DNA of 64,000 nucleotides from Thalia democratica (Eukaryota): NCBI GenBank assembly GCA_965202585.1, contig OZ241827.1, positions 19,902,001 to 19,966,000 of the forward strand, read 5' to 3'. Shown piece by piece: positions 1 to 14,200 of this stretch (position 1 is its first letter; each line of letters starts with the position of its first letter). The notes under the pieces were generated by a model. It saw only the letters and a program-made list of their open reading frames with translations, ran no database searches and was not told where the DNA came from. The position numbers and the translations under genes were made by a program.

Positions 1-2698
1 TTGGAAGGGGAATTACCCCAGCCAAAACAACAAGGTTCGTTTACAATCAAAGTTGTTGTGTGATAGGCAAAATATTAAAATTAGATTGTATTAACTTACA
101 CTAATAAATTTTATCAAACTTTATTGTTTACATCAGGACTATTGTTGTTCTGAGATACGAAAATTGAAGTAACATTTTATAAATTTATACAAATGCGTTT
201 TATCAAATCTTATGTCACTCTTTTAAGTAGTTTTGAAGACCACAAAACCTTGTGGATCTTTAGTGGTTTAGAACTTTAGAACTTTATATAAAGTTTTTTG
301 TAGGACACTTAGAAAAAAACTGTTATTAGTTTTATACATGCAAATTTATATGGCACTTTTAAGTTCTCATAATAAATAAAACATGGCAATTGAATTTATT
401 TGTTATGTTTGTATAACACTTTAGTGATATTGTGGTTAGCTTCTTTATTAATTATTATAACAGAAGGTTAAGAAACTTTTGATTTTTCTTTCGTACGTTC
501 AAAATAATATTTGTTTACTTTTTTCTTCTTGGGTGTTTTTTAAATATTTATTAAGCTCTAATTAAAAATAATTAAATAATTTTTGTTAAAACATAAAGTA
601 ATAAGGTATTTATTGTAAAACCTAATACGAAATATTTATTAAATGTAAACTTCTTATTTTATTAATTTAGTTTAGTAACTTTATGACATCAGAAAAGTTA
701 GTTTACTTTTTGTTTTAAAATGCTTAAAGCTATGATATGAATTTTTATTTTAAAGTCTAAAGTTATTTTCAAAAATTCAACATACAGCTAATATGGAATT
801 TTCTTAAAACATTTCCATTAAATTTTAAAGTAAATAACTAGGAAATCATTTAAAAATTATAAATACATTTTATAATATTAGTTTTACTAGTTTATATTTA
901 TACTTATTTAACACTATTACTTTTTAATTTTTGAATTTATAAAAGTTAATTACTAAGTTCAAATTACGTAATACTATTTTCTACACTTTAATTTTTATTT
1001 TAAAAAACACAAAAACTTTACCTAACCAAAAAGTTTTAAAATATTAAAGTACTATATTTTGTTTGTTTTTCTACGGTCATATTAAGTTTTATGGTCCAAA
1101 CTCATAAAAAGTCAACCTTTAGCAAACATTAACAAAATTAAAAAATTGTTTCATTTAAAAATATAAAAGTAACATTTTCAAGTTTTGCCTGTCATTCATC
1201 TTATTTTAAAGAGAATACTAAACAAACTTTATACCTTACTTCATTGATTTCAAATAAACAGCTTCAATTTAAAAAATGAAACTCTACTTTAAGAAACTAC
1301 CCTTAGTAATTCATAAGTATACTTTTTAAGTTCCAAGAAATTGTTATTTTTTCAGGTTTTTGTTTATTAGCAAACAGTAATTCTAAACTTGAAAAGTTTA
1401 TTGCACATTAAATTTCTTGTAAATGAAACAACCTTGAGTAAATATTAATTACGTGTTTTGTTTCTGCTATAAGGTGTGTCAAATTTACAGAAAGTATTGT
1501 ATTCTTTTTTTTGTTCAATAAACTTGTATAAAAAAAAAACAAAACTGAGCTTAGAATAGTTATTAATATTTTAAAATAAGTTTTTAATAGTACATTTAGT
1601 AATTTTGATATTTAAATTAGAAAATTAAGATGTCACAAAAGTCAAAAATTCATGAAGATTAGAATAGTTTGAACTTAAAGTAACATATACATTGCTATTT
1701 TGCTATACAACACAGCTCAAAATAAAAAAAAGTTCACACGTTTTGTTTAATTATTTTAAAACTACAAAGTGTTACAAAAATAAAACTATACAGAAAATTA
1801 GTATTTTGACAACGAAGTTTAAAATCGATCAAGTAATTTAATAGATGAACAGAACATGATAAATAAAGCGGTGGCTAAATCAAACTATATGTGTCTCTAT
1901 GCTATGTACTACTTAACCAAAAATGTCTTTTGATAAGGCTAAAGATAACAGTAGCCCTTAGCTATTTTGATAGTTATTTCTTTTTTTAAAACAAGTTTTA
2001 TTACTCCATCTAATACATTTATGTATTTAATTTTTTAAATTCATTTATCATAAAAGCCAAAATTCATTAAGATTTGATTATCTTAAACTTAAAGTTAGAT
2101 GTACATTGCTATTTTGCTATACAATACAGCTCAAATCAAAAAAAAGTATGCTTTTTTATTTTTTAAAACTACAAAATGCTACAAAAATAAAACTACAACG
2201 AAAATTAATATTTTGATATAGAATTTTTAAATCAATCTGCCAATTTTATAGATGAACAGAACGAAACAAATAAAGCGGTGGCTATTTCGAACTATATGTG
2301 TCTTTATACTATGTACTACTTAACTAAAAATATCATTTGATTGAGCTAACGATAACAGTAGCACTTACTTAATTTGTTTGATTTTCTAAATATGTTTACT
2401 AAATTTCATTAGTTAACCAACCTGTTTCAAAAAACAAAACTTATTAACACAGCAGCTAACTTGCTTATAAATTACTAGAAATTACTACTGACATAACTAT
2501 TTTACATTTTAATATTTACGTTACTAATGTTATATAACTCAAGCAGACGAATCCAACAATGATGACGGTGTGTCCGCATCAACGAACGAAATGTTGAGCA
2601 TGGACCTGAACGCGCTGAAGGCCAGAGTCAAGAATCAGAGGAAGCAGGCTCCAACTTCGAACTGGAACGACAGAAAGAACCTCTTCAACAAGTTCTAA
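1..2698 (+). CDS. 3' end (last two coding exons) of an unidentified protein-coding gene
   Basis: Partial exon 1-34 (LEGELPQPKQQ+G) ends at donor GTTCGT (35), phase 1. GC-rich terminal exon 2544-2698 follows CTAAT and an AAG/CAG tandem acceptor and joins in phase: (A)DESNNDDGVSASTNEMLSMDLNALKARVKNQRKQAPTSNWNDRKNLFNKF*. No family recognised. Confidence 0.65.
1676..2369. repeat. Diverged direct duplication (~290-bp homologous blocks, period ~414 bp) in an intron
   Basis: ACATTGCTATTTTGCTATACAA at 1689 and 2103; AAATAAAGCGGTGGCTA and GATAACAGTAGC blocks recur in the same order. Confidence 0.8.
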
Positions 2699-4947
2699 CT
2701 ATTTTCTAATGAAAAGTGTGAGGAAGCTTTATCTCAAATTTTCACGTTTCTATCGTTTCTTAATTCTCTCATCTGCATAATAGAGTAAACAAGCTCAACT
2801 TTTAACTGTATGGTAAAATAACATTTTCAAAACTTTTTGGTTCATGATTTGCTAGGTTTTTTTTCTGTTTTAAATATCTTCTAAAGTTCGACTTCTTTTA
2901 CTTCTTTTACTATGTATATCGGTTGTGAGTTTTGTAACAGGATTTACCTGTATTCCTGTTTATTATACAACTAGTTTAACATTTAAGTAATAGATAAACA
3001 TAAAAATTTTTTTACATAAATTTGAATAAACTAGTTTCCAACTTTAAGGACTTAAACTTTTCGGACAATTTATTTTATTTACCAAATTCTTTTGTTAAAT
3101 CGAAATAATTTCTATTTCCTGTTTAATTATATTTATAATACAGTTAGCTTTATTTTTGATTACTTTTTAAACTATCTTTTTACAGAGTCAAATGATAAAT
3201 CCCAGTTTTCAATATAAACAAATAAGTATAAAATATTTTATAGATCAATTTAGATTAAAGTTTAATAAAATGAAAAAAAGTTGTTTAAGCTATTTAATCA
3301 AATTTTATAAATAAATTTCTTTTATTTTTACTAAAGTTCTAAAGCTTAAGCAGAATTTTTATTTTAATTATTATTGTTCAGTTAAACTAATAATAAAATG
3401 TTTTTTGTAATTTTTGGTGCATTTAGGTTGTAAGTGTTTGATTAATTTTGTATTTCAAACAAAGTTAGAAAAATAATGTCCGCAATCAATATATATTTAA
3501 GTAGCACTTGAAAAGTACTTAAAAATTTATGCATTGTACATAACACTGTTTTAGAAACTTGTTTTGTTTAATTAAGACACTTTTTTTTTTGAAGAAAATG
3601 TTTAATTTTTTTTTTTTTGATGAAATTTTTAATCATTGTTATTAACTTATTAAGTCAATTTTCATTACAAAATAAATCTTTATTTTATACTGCTGTTAAG
3701 TTAGCTAGTTGGAAATAAGTTTATTTTAAAACTGTAATGGTTTTAATGAATTTACAATTATGGTTTCTAAATTCTAATTTTAAACTCTAAGTGTGTAATT
3801 TCTAGGATTTTTACAAACTTATTGTTGTTTTCTAAACTTGCTAGTAAAAGAGCAACTGAACAATGTTAATACGCAATTTCAAATGATTCATCTTTTATAC
3901 GTTCTTATATTTATATTTATAAATAGTTTCCTTTAGTTTCAAACAAATGCAATTACTTTTTAATTTACACGTACTAAATCGTTTTAATTTTAATTAAAAT
4001 TTTGACAAAATTGTCTTTTTTTTAAGTTGTAACTAATATAACTTGGGTTTTTATTTTAGTTGCTTATAATTTTTTTTTTTTTTAATTCCTGCTAACAAAG
4101 TAACTTTAATGAAATGAATAATACAAAATAGTAACCAACTGCAATAAAAAAATTATATAACTATGATACATCAGAAAGTTTTAAACATAAAACTTTGCTT
4201 ACAAACGGTCGCTACGGGCATATTTTCTAAACTTTAATGACTCAATACTAAACTAAGAAGAAAAAATTTCTGAAGCACTTACTTATATGAATAAAAAATC
4301 TAATAAGATAAACTTTTAAGTTTTATGCAACTATTTAATTTTATAAATTAAAAAATATAAATATTTATAGTATGCTAACTGATATAGTTCAACTATAGCT
4401 GACTTTTAATTTTTATATATTTTAACAATACTAAGTTTTAAATAAATAATGAACACATAGCAGCTGAAATATTTATTAAGAAATAAATAACAAATAGTAG
4501 ACAAATTCTAAGAAACCGAAAAAAAAAACAATGTTTTGAAAGAAATTTACTTAAATAATTTACATCAATTACGTTTTGCTAAAAAATATTTTAAAAGAAG
4601 GAAACAAAAAATAAGATGGCTGAAAACTATTTGTTATAAACAACAAATAACAATTAAAAATGTTACTAAAAAATAATTTATTTTTATTTAGAAAAGTTTT
4701 TCAAACTTCTTTTTACAGTTTTTATGTTTTGAAAATCTTATAAAATTCAAAACTATAACTCAAGTCAAAAGGTTGTACTATTGTTTATATAGTTTGAACA
4801 CTAATAGTCTAAACTTAAAAATTGAAGTCAAAAGTTAGAAAAAAAAATCTTTAAATAATTGGATTGAGTATTTACTTTTGTATCTGCTCTGCTTTGAAAA
4901 AAGGTTTAGGGAAAATTTTATTATTGACCTTTATATTATTGAAACTT

Positions 4948-6016
4948 TTAGTAGCCCTTGAAGTGTTGGCACTTTCTTCCATAGTAACCACGTTGGCAGA
5001 AAAGTTGGCAAAGTCCTTTTTTGTACATATATACACCAGTGATTCCCAGATTGCGAAAGTTTTTACGGAAACATTCCTTTATCTGCCTGTTTACTGTAAA
5101 AAATATTAAAAAAATTAATACTTTTTAGTAACAGTTTTATTAATTTTTGATTGTTTATAAAACTGTTTCTTTTTTTTTTGGTATGCTAACATAGTTTATT
5201 TTTCAAAATAGAAACTTATTAAGTTTAACCTTAATCAAAAAAAAACTTTTTTTGTTAAATGCACTATAAAAAAGGTTTTTAAATTTTGTTAATTATCTGA
5301 CTTCTGTATCAGTTTTTAGATTTTGTTAACTATCTGACTTCTGTATCAGTTTTTAGATTTTATAACTTTTTGGTTAGTAATTTATTTTATTCACGGTTTA
5401 CGCTTGCACTATAATTAAATTCTTATATATAATTATTTTCATACTTCTAGTAGCTTTACATAACTTTTAGTTTGTTTAACTTGTTATACTGTTATAGATT
5501 TATTAAAAGCTTTACCTTTTTTTCCAACAGACGTATTTCCTGCACAGTAATAAGGTGAAGGAGTTTCTTTACGGTGACCAAAACACCTCACTGCGAAAGT
5601 TTCGATAAAATTCATCTTCATTTGCCACTTCACTCTGAAAATAGAAAATTGTATAACTTTTAATTCCTTATTCTTTAAAGTTTTGTTCATGCTTAAAAAT
5701 ACTTGTATTTAATTTGAATACAACTTAAACCAAAACTAAAAAAGTTCAATTTCTAAAGTTGCAATAACTTAGATATTTTCACTAAAACTTAATTGTTTTG
5801 TTCCTAAAAACCGAATTCAACTCACGGGTCTTTCCTGTAACAGTACTCGTCATAGTCAGGTCCATTGTGCGTCATTATGTCCTGCAAATTGGTAAGAAAC
5901 GGAGCGCAATCGCATTCACCGTTGTGATCAACGACTGCCTTGTACTTGGCGCAATTGTGCTTTGCATTGGCTGCGCATGAGAGTAGCAGAAGGGACATTA
6001 GAAACTTAAAATACAT
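4948..6016 (-). CDS. Small secreted cysteine-rich cationic protein, 3 coding exons, 151 aa
   Basis: Exons 6016-5826, 5634-5516 and 5093-4948 with GT-AG junctions (phases 2, 1), total 456 nt. MYFKFLMSLLLLSCAANA|KHNCAKY...GECDCAPF...EYCYRKDPVKWQMKMNFIETFAVRCFGHRKETPSPYYCAGNTSVGKKVNRQIKECFRKNFRNLGITGVYMYKKGLCQLFCQRGYYGRKCQHFKGY*. Signal peptide judged by eye. Confidence 0.85.
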
Positions 6017-8548
6017 GATTACTTTACCTGGTATATTTTTATTGGTAGAAAGTTATAAGTATTTGGCTATATTTTAAAACGTTTGTTATCATATTATTTT
6101 TATAGCTTTTTTAAGTTTTTTTTGTCTCATATCTTATTACATAGGCTTACAAAACTTTCTCTAAAAACGATTTCAGGTATCATTACTACTTTGGGAAACA
6201 AAGTACTTCAACAATAATATTTTGTAAATAATGCAATCACATATAAAAAATTCAATAAAATTAGAACACTTTAAAATAAATTATAACAATAAATATATAA
6301 ATATATGATATAAATTATATTACTTATAACTATTTATTACTTTGTATCAAATAAAAAATCAATTCTATTTAAGCTAATTCATAATCTGCTGATAATTAAA
6401 AAAATTTGTTAAATTAACCAAATTAAATCTCTTTATACTGAAAGTAACCTATAATAATATCTAATTAATCAAAACTAAGTTGATTTAAGCTTTAAATGGT
6501 TGTTTATTAAAATACGTTAATAAACAAACCAGTTTTTTTAAGCTATTATTAATAATAGCATTAAAGTATTATCTCATTTGACTTTTATGTGCTGAAATAA
6601 GCTTAGATACTAACAAATAACTGTTTTTGATTTGAAAACAGTTTTGTAAATGTGCTTTATCTCAAGTTAAACCTTGATAGAAATTAAAGTGTTTATAACA
6701 GGTAAAAACAACCTAATAAAACTTTTAAAAATGTCATTAATTTGATTAAAATCTAATTAAAAGAAAAAGTTTTGCTTATGTTATAATTTTTGTTAATCAT
6801 TTTTAAATGGTTATTAAACATATAATCAAATTCAAACTACTAGTTTATTTCTTTGTAAACTTTCAATATTTTTCATGTATTAAAATTTATTAAGTAATAA
6901 AAACAATAATAGTGTTAACCCTAAAGTACGCAAAAATTTTAGATTTCAAAATTCACCGGAACTTTTTTAAAGCCACAATAAACTTTTTTCATACCAAAGT
7001 TTAATGAGAGAAATAAATTACAACAATCAAACACACTTTCGTGTATTTATTAAATGTAGTTTTGGATGCATTTGTTTTCTCCATCTTGGAGTTAAGCTTA
7101 GTTTAACTTTTCGTGCGTTGCGAATAACCTCATTAAACAACACAAAAAAAGAATTAGTTTCCTAGCCTATACTACCGTCGCGCTAATTACATTTTTCAAT
7201 TATTATAGTTTTATCATTATGTAAACATAACTTCATTATAATAACATTCTAAGTTTTGGTCTTCTATACAAGTTGTATAGCTTAATATTTTCTGTGTATA
7301 ATTTACTTTAGATTAGTTACTATTCAGTAGATGTCATATAGTTAAACATAAAAGTATTAACTTAATGAAAATTTTATTGTTTTTTTTTTTTTAACTACTT
7401 TTATCTAAATAAATATGTATAAGATGAATGTTTATTATTTATGATGTTTTACATTTGTTAGCAGTGTAAGTATAAGAGCTGTCTCCAATAAGTTTTAGAA
7501 ATCTAATAAAACAATTTCAACTTCTAATCGTACAGTTAATTGACACACACTTATAAATTAGCAAGATTAAAACTCAAAGTACTTTTTAAGAAACAAAGAA
7601 GTATCTTTTGGTAATAAGTGAACATGAATGTAAAAAACTAAGTTGACAAGGGTTCACATTTACTCTAATACCTTGGACTAGAAAATAATTTTAAGTCACT
7701 AATTCACTTTTTAAATCACTTTTTAACCCTACTGTAAATGAAGCTCAGTATCTTTCGTGCATATTGGAAGTTATCTATTAATTTCAAAAATAGGATTTAT
7801 CGGATTTAAAAACGTAAGCAAAATTATTGCAAAATACATATCGTAAAAACATTAGTTCTCTAATCGTTTATTACCAATATTAGGGTTTAGCATTGTTTAA
7901 GTCAGATGAAAAGTTTATGCAGATAGTGTTAAAAACAAGAAATAAATATTAGTGAAACGTGTAACTTTAGAAAACTACACTAAACACATTTCAAAGTTTA
8001 CTAACAAAAGTTCAAATATAGTCAATTTAATAAATACGAAGAAAATTTTCTGCCTGTAAGCTGTACGTTACCCATCACTAACCTATAATAATGGTCTAAC
8101 TAACAATAAAACTTCAGTATTGTTTTTTGTTTTATTTAAAATAAACTTAAACATTTCTTAAATTGGTAACGTGATTGTATTAAATAAACTAAACAGTAGT
8201 GCTAACTTAGTAATTATTTCGTGATAATTTGCTGCAAAGCCCAGTTAAAAACATTTTTTGGGAACTTTAATAAAATAAACCATCCTGCAATAGTCTATGG
8301 CGAAAATATCTTGTCTGAGATGCGCAAAAGGCCATAATTAAGTTACAGAACAGTGAAGTTTTCCAACCCTAATGAACATCAAAAAAGTGTATGAATTTTT
8401 TTTTATTTTTAAATTAGTATTTATTTATTATTTGCAGTAAATTGTATCTAATTTTGGGCATCAATGCTAGTTATATTATATATAAAATAGTCGGCCATTA
8501 AAATGAGGTCCACAATTATTTTGATGTACCTGCACATTTAGTTATAAG

Positions 8549-10209
8549 TAGTGATGTACCGGACTCATTATCCGGGTCCGGCCGGATATTGCCATTTTTG
8601 TCTGATATCCGGATCCGGCCGGACTCTAATTTGAAAAAAAAAGTCCGGATCTGGTTCCGGCCGGATTATAATTTGAAAAAAAAAGTCCGCATCCAGGTTC
8701 AGCCGGATCCTAACAGAGATCCGACAGGACCCGGATCTAGTTAGTAAATAAGAGCATACCAAAAAGTATTTTTTAAAAACAAACCCTGTGTAAATTAATA
8801 AGAGTCATTTTCGTCAGTTAAAATTAAACACCTACCGTGATTGGCTCATTTTGTACACGTGACTAATTTTCATTTGTTTACATTTAAACTATGAAATAAA
8901 CATTTCAGAAATGCAACTCTTTACATATGTTGTAAAATTGAAAACTTTGGAATGAATACTTGCATTATTTATTGTTTAAAGTTGAGCTCAGAGAATATTT
9001 AGAGTTAATACGGTTGAATGTACGAGCCAATGAGAATCATATGACGATATGTTTTAAACTAAATACTGATGCAACAAAACATCAGAACATGACAGGCAGT
9101 TTATCTGTAAGTAGTTAGTTAGTTTGGTTGCAGCTTGAAGCAACAAAATATCTTGAACTTTTTTGTAAATGCTGATTGTAAGTAGTGTTTTGTTTTAAAA
9201 GTGAATATTTAAACTGGTGTTTAATTGTTTAAATATTTAAACCAGGTTTATAGTTTAAGGTTTATTAACAATTTTACACTTTCTTCTTTACTAAAAGTTT
9301 TATTTAATTTTTAGTTTATTGTTTTAAGTCTTTTGATATAGATTTAAATAGCTTCTAGTTTTTAAAGTGTTACAAAAGTAATTAATAAATTTGTATATGC
9401 TAGTATTTCCTGTTGTGTTTTATATAAAAGATTCATCACTCAAAACTGTCGTGTCTGATTATAGAAAGTAGTGTCAGTTAGAACTTAGTATTTGTTCGAT
9501 ATTAATTAAATAAGGTAAGATTTAATTATGATGGGTAGTACTAATAAGTTAAGTGTACCGCAATCAGTCCATAACTTTACTACCAAATTGTCAACCTTTG
9601 CTAGCTGTTCTACTGATTATTAGATTAAAGTAATTTTTTCAGTTTTTAAAAACCTCATTCTGACTCAGGCTTGTTTATACTCACTCTAGCTAGTTTTATT
9701 GACTTAAACAGTGGAACCCTGCTAGTTTGAAAATTTTTTGGAATTTTAGAAAGTCTTGGACTGCCTCAGGCTAGTTTAGTTTTTTATAAAAACTCAGGCT
9801 AGTTTTCTTTTAAATTTTGAATGAGTTTGAGCTGATCCAGTTTTCAATATTTGGTAATTTTCTAGTGTATTTTGTTCAAGATCTTGATTTCAGATTTTTA
9901 ATTTTAACTAACACCTAAATTTGTAAACCTTGTGGCTAGCTATTTTACTTATTATTAGATTAAAGCTCTTTTTTTTTAGTTTTTAAAAACCTCATTCGGA
10001 CTCAGGCTAGTTTATACTAGTTGTGTACCGGACTCACTATCCGGGTCCGGGTCCGGCCGGATATTGCCATTTTTGTCTGGTATCCGGATCCGGCCGGACT
10101 CTAATTTGAAAAAAAAGTCCAGATCCGGTTCCGGCCGGATTCTAATTTGAAAAAAAAGTCCGGGTCCGGTTCCGGCCGGACCCAAAATTGAGGGTCCGGT
10201 ACATCACTA
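8549..10209 (+). mobile_element. Non-autonomous hAT-type DNA transposon (composite MITE), copy A, 1661 bp
   Basis: TIRs TAGTGATGTACCGGAC...GTCCGGTACATCACTA. Perfect 8-bp TSD GTTATAAG (8541-8548 and 10210-10217). Subterminal CCGGATCCGG arrays. No transposase ORF. Confidence 0.93.
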
Positions 10210-10511
10210 GTTATAAGGTACATTAAGAGTACGTATTATTAGTAGAGATTGTGGATATGCTTTGTTTGTTTTGTTTGTAAGACGTGAGCAATATAGATTA
10301 TTATTTTTGTCACTTTTGAATCGTAAGAATAAACAGAAGTAACAGGTTAAAACATTTGTTAATTTTATTATTAGTTTATAGAAGGTTTGTATGTAGAAAT
10401 AAACTATGTTCATGTTCAACCAACTTTAGACACAGAAATTTACAAACTAACAAAATAATAAAAAGTTTTACATGTTTCTACCACTAGCGGCTTACTTAAT
10501 TACAAACATGT

Positions 10512-10841
10512 CAGTGATAGGCAAACTGCTGCACGCGGGCCAAACAGATCAAAATCTGCGAGATACTTTTCAGCTTAAAGCGTATCTTTTTAAAAACAGT
10601 AACAAAAATGATGTTGTAGTAAATGCTTTTAAGGCTCTTAGTTTAAGAACTACTAATTACTAGTGCTTGATTATTGCTTACTTTGTTACTTTTTTGTTTT
10701 AATGCATTGTTTCTATGTTGATTATGACAATTTTTTTTAAATAACTTGCGTCCCAGGGAATACTTGTTTTAAATGTGCGGGCCGAGAGCAACTTTTTTTA
10801 AGGAAATAGGGGTTTTACTTATAAAAGGCTGCCGACCCCTG
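10512..10841. mobile_element. Old Charlie-type hAT MITE
   Basis: Left end CAGTGATAGGCAAACTGCTGCACGCGGGCC and right end GGCTGCCGACCCCTG resemble Charlie-type CAGGGGTCGGCAA termini. Flanks only 5/8 identical. Confidence 0.5.
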
Positions 10842-11274
10842 AACTAGGTGAACAGAACTTTTCCATTTCATTCTGTGCACATAGTTCATTTTAGCTTAGA
10901 GATTACTGGTTTAAATTATAAATATAATTATAATTCGCATTGGAAACTGAAAATAACTGATATAAATTTTTTTTTTTAAGTTTTTACTATAAAATTATTT
11001 TTTTAATTTTTGTTTATTGAAATGTATCTTGATTAGAATAACAACATATCACTTAATGATATAAAAAGTTTTATTCAGATATGATAAAAGATACTAAGTT
11101 TTGGATGAATTATATACAAAATACAATAAAGCAGAAGTTATAAGATTTACAAATGTTGGCAGCAAAATGTAGCTTTAAAATAAGTATTTACATTTAAAAC
11201 TATTAACTGAAATCATGCATATGTATAGTATATAAATGTTAAAGTTATGGTTTTTCGATATATCTTCTTCTTTT

Positions 11275-14200
11275 TTAATTGCACGAGTTTTCAGCAATGT
11301 AGCAGCCAATTTTCCTTGCAGTTTGCGGTGGAAGCGAATCGAAATCAGCAACATTCGCCCACAATTTTTCGTCATTCCCGGTTATTGAAAGAAGCTGGTC
11401 GTATTTCAGCTGATCACCAATACCAATAGCAAACACCTGATAAAAGTATAAATGATTATTAATAATTTCTTTAGTCAAAGTTTGTTCTTCTTTTTTATTA
11501 TTTACCTTCAAGTATTGATTTAAATAATGTTTTATAGTATTAATTATTTCAATATAAGTTTTTTGTTTATATTAAAGTTTATAATTTGTTTAGTCAAAGT
11601 TTGTTCTTCTATTTTCATTATTTACCTTCAAGTATTAATTTAAATAATGTTTTATAGTTTTAACTATTTCAATATAAGTTTTTTGTTTATATTAAAGTTT
11701 ATAATTTGTTTAGTCAAAGTTTGTTGTTCTATTTTATTATTTACCTTCAAGTATTAATTTAAGTAATGTTTTAAAGTTTTAACTATTTCAATATAAGTTT
11801 TTTGTTTGTATTAAAGTTATAGCAGTATACAGACCTCAACTCCATCATCTCTTAATTTTTTAGCAGGTCCTTCAACTTCGTCATAAGCGTTTCCATCAGT
11901 AATCAGCAGCACCACATCTTGAATGTTTTCTCTGTTTTCCTCCTTCTTAATCAACACTTCCCTCACATATGTAAGCGCCTTTCCTGTCTTTGTACCTGCA
12001 AAGAAATATCAGTGTCGTTACATTTAAAATGTAGTAATACACATGACGCATTAGCTACATTTAACCTGTCTAAGGTATATCCGCCTCAATTAAACAAAAA
12101 TGTTGGTTCATATTTAAAAACAAAGATACTTTGACATTTTGTTTTGAGAAAGTTTAAGCTAAGTTTAAACATGAAGAATAAACATAAAGTTTATTTGTTA
12201 TTAATACCTTTCAACATAAAGCTTTTGTGAACTAACATTTATTACTTATAAAAGTGTTGAATTTAACTTTTAATGCTTTATCAAAGAAACTACGTTTTCG
12301 TGTCAAAAGTAAAATTAATTTTATTTCTTAAATACATATTTATATTATACACGAATCGCTTAAATAACACTTAAATTCTGATACAACTATCTCTACTGTA
12401 AGTTACCTTTTCCATCGTATGGGATTCTTTTCAAAGCTGCAAGTGCTTCTTCATTGTTTTCATTGTTGTTTAATACAAGTTGGTTCTCCTCGTCAACATT
12501 TTCGTTAAATCTCATCACAAAAGCTTGAGTGAAGTCAGTATTGAGTTTGAATTGGCTGTAAAATAACGACATTTCTTTGATAAAGTATTTATAAATTGAA
12601 ACAATATTTAAGTTTTTCAGTGAGTATTATATTCCATGATGTAAGTTTGTAAACGAGACTATTGATTTGAGAAGTCGTTAAAAAAAAAGAAATTTACGAA
12701 AAGTTGTTTTATTAGGACATATAGCTGATTTTTTAAGATTATTCAGTTTTGCGCAGTTGAACAAATTATGATGCGAAAGTTTAATTTTTTTCAAATGCAT
12801 TACAAAGCATAAAAACACAGTTTTTTCCCCTTTTTATATACTTTATGCAATCAAATAAATCTTACTTAAGCACTCCATTGACGAACTGAATGACTTTGTT
12901 CCAATTGTGTTGCCTGATAGAAGATGATGAATCCAAAACAATGAAAAGATCAATGATTGAGTTGGGTGGGTAGGGTACTGTTTGTAAATTAACATTTACA
13001 TAACAATATCTATAACAAAGCTTTTCGAAAGCTTTAACTACAACAAATTGCATAGTATTGTAAAAAAAAAAACAATAATATTAAGTGCTGAAATAATTAT
13101 TTAAAAGCTTAAAATATTCATAATAATAAAAATAACTGTATCAAAGCTTTTCAAAAGCTTTAAATACAACAAATGAGATTAAATAAAATAAAGGTTCATT
13201 TTTTTATATATGTATTGTTATACTATAAGCATTAAGTTAGTTAAAATCTAACTACTTTTATTAACAATTAAACAGACAACAACATGTATCTATTGTTTTA
13301 ATTTATAAACTATTTTTTTAACGCTTATTTGAACAAACCTCTACAGCAAGGCGGTGGTGAGGACCATTTGCCATCCAAAGTGCAGTAGTTGTCCATGTCA
13401 CTGCCGGGCTTGGGGGTCTGATGGTCGGCCTCGCACGTGAACTGGCATCTCGATCCGAAAAAGTTTCCGTTCGTGCAATTCTTCACAACCCTCCTCAAGT
13501 TCGTCTGCTCCTCGCACATTATTGCTGCGAAAAATTGCTCTTAAAATTTTATAGCTTGAAATAGTATAACAAAAATTAGAATTTGTAGTATTTTTTAGCA
13601 GTTGAAGTTCTTTTATCGTGAAATTAAATATTTCTTTTGATTTTTTTAAATCTTAACAACTGTCTAAATTATTTACATAAATATCAGCTTTAAACTAGAA
13701 AACATTTGCACTAAAATTTTTGCACAAAATAACACTTTTTTCTTTGAACTGTTAAACAAGAAAATGAAAACACCAACGTATACACTGGGGAGGCGGATTG
13801 TTAAATTCAGGAAATTCTTTTCCATCAGCAGCAGTACAAACAGTGTCAGGATTTCCAACAAGAATGTATCCTAACAAATATTTACTTTTAAGCACAAATA
13901 CAAAATAAAAAGTCCTTAACTTGTTATAAATAAATGACCGTGTTTGTTTAAGGCATTTAAGTTTCAAGCGAAAATAAATTTTACAGTTATTCTCAAGAAT
14001 ATTCAAGGGTCTACCGACTCAAACAACCCAAGTTTTTGTTTGTCTTTTTGAACAAATGACATTTGTAATTTAAAATAGTTTATTGGTTTTAATGCAAAAC
14101 TAAACATGAAATCTAATAAGTTTAAGAAATACAAATTTAATTGATACCTAAAAAAGCTACACATTTTCTAATAATCCGTTATATTAGTTAAGTTTAGCTA

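Noticed and set aside
6994-7084. Short minus-strand ORF MEKTNASK... with a GTATGA donor as an upstream coding exon of the Cys-rich gene
   Set aside because: It stops before the donor, and the frame that would join the downstream ATG also has a stop; at most a 5'UTR exon with a uORF.
8568-8762. ORFs 8568-8762 (-) and 17283-17585 (+) with PDPD/IRPEPD repeats
   Set aside because: They are translations of the hAT MITE's CCGG subterminal arrays; no transposase similarity.
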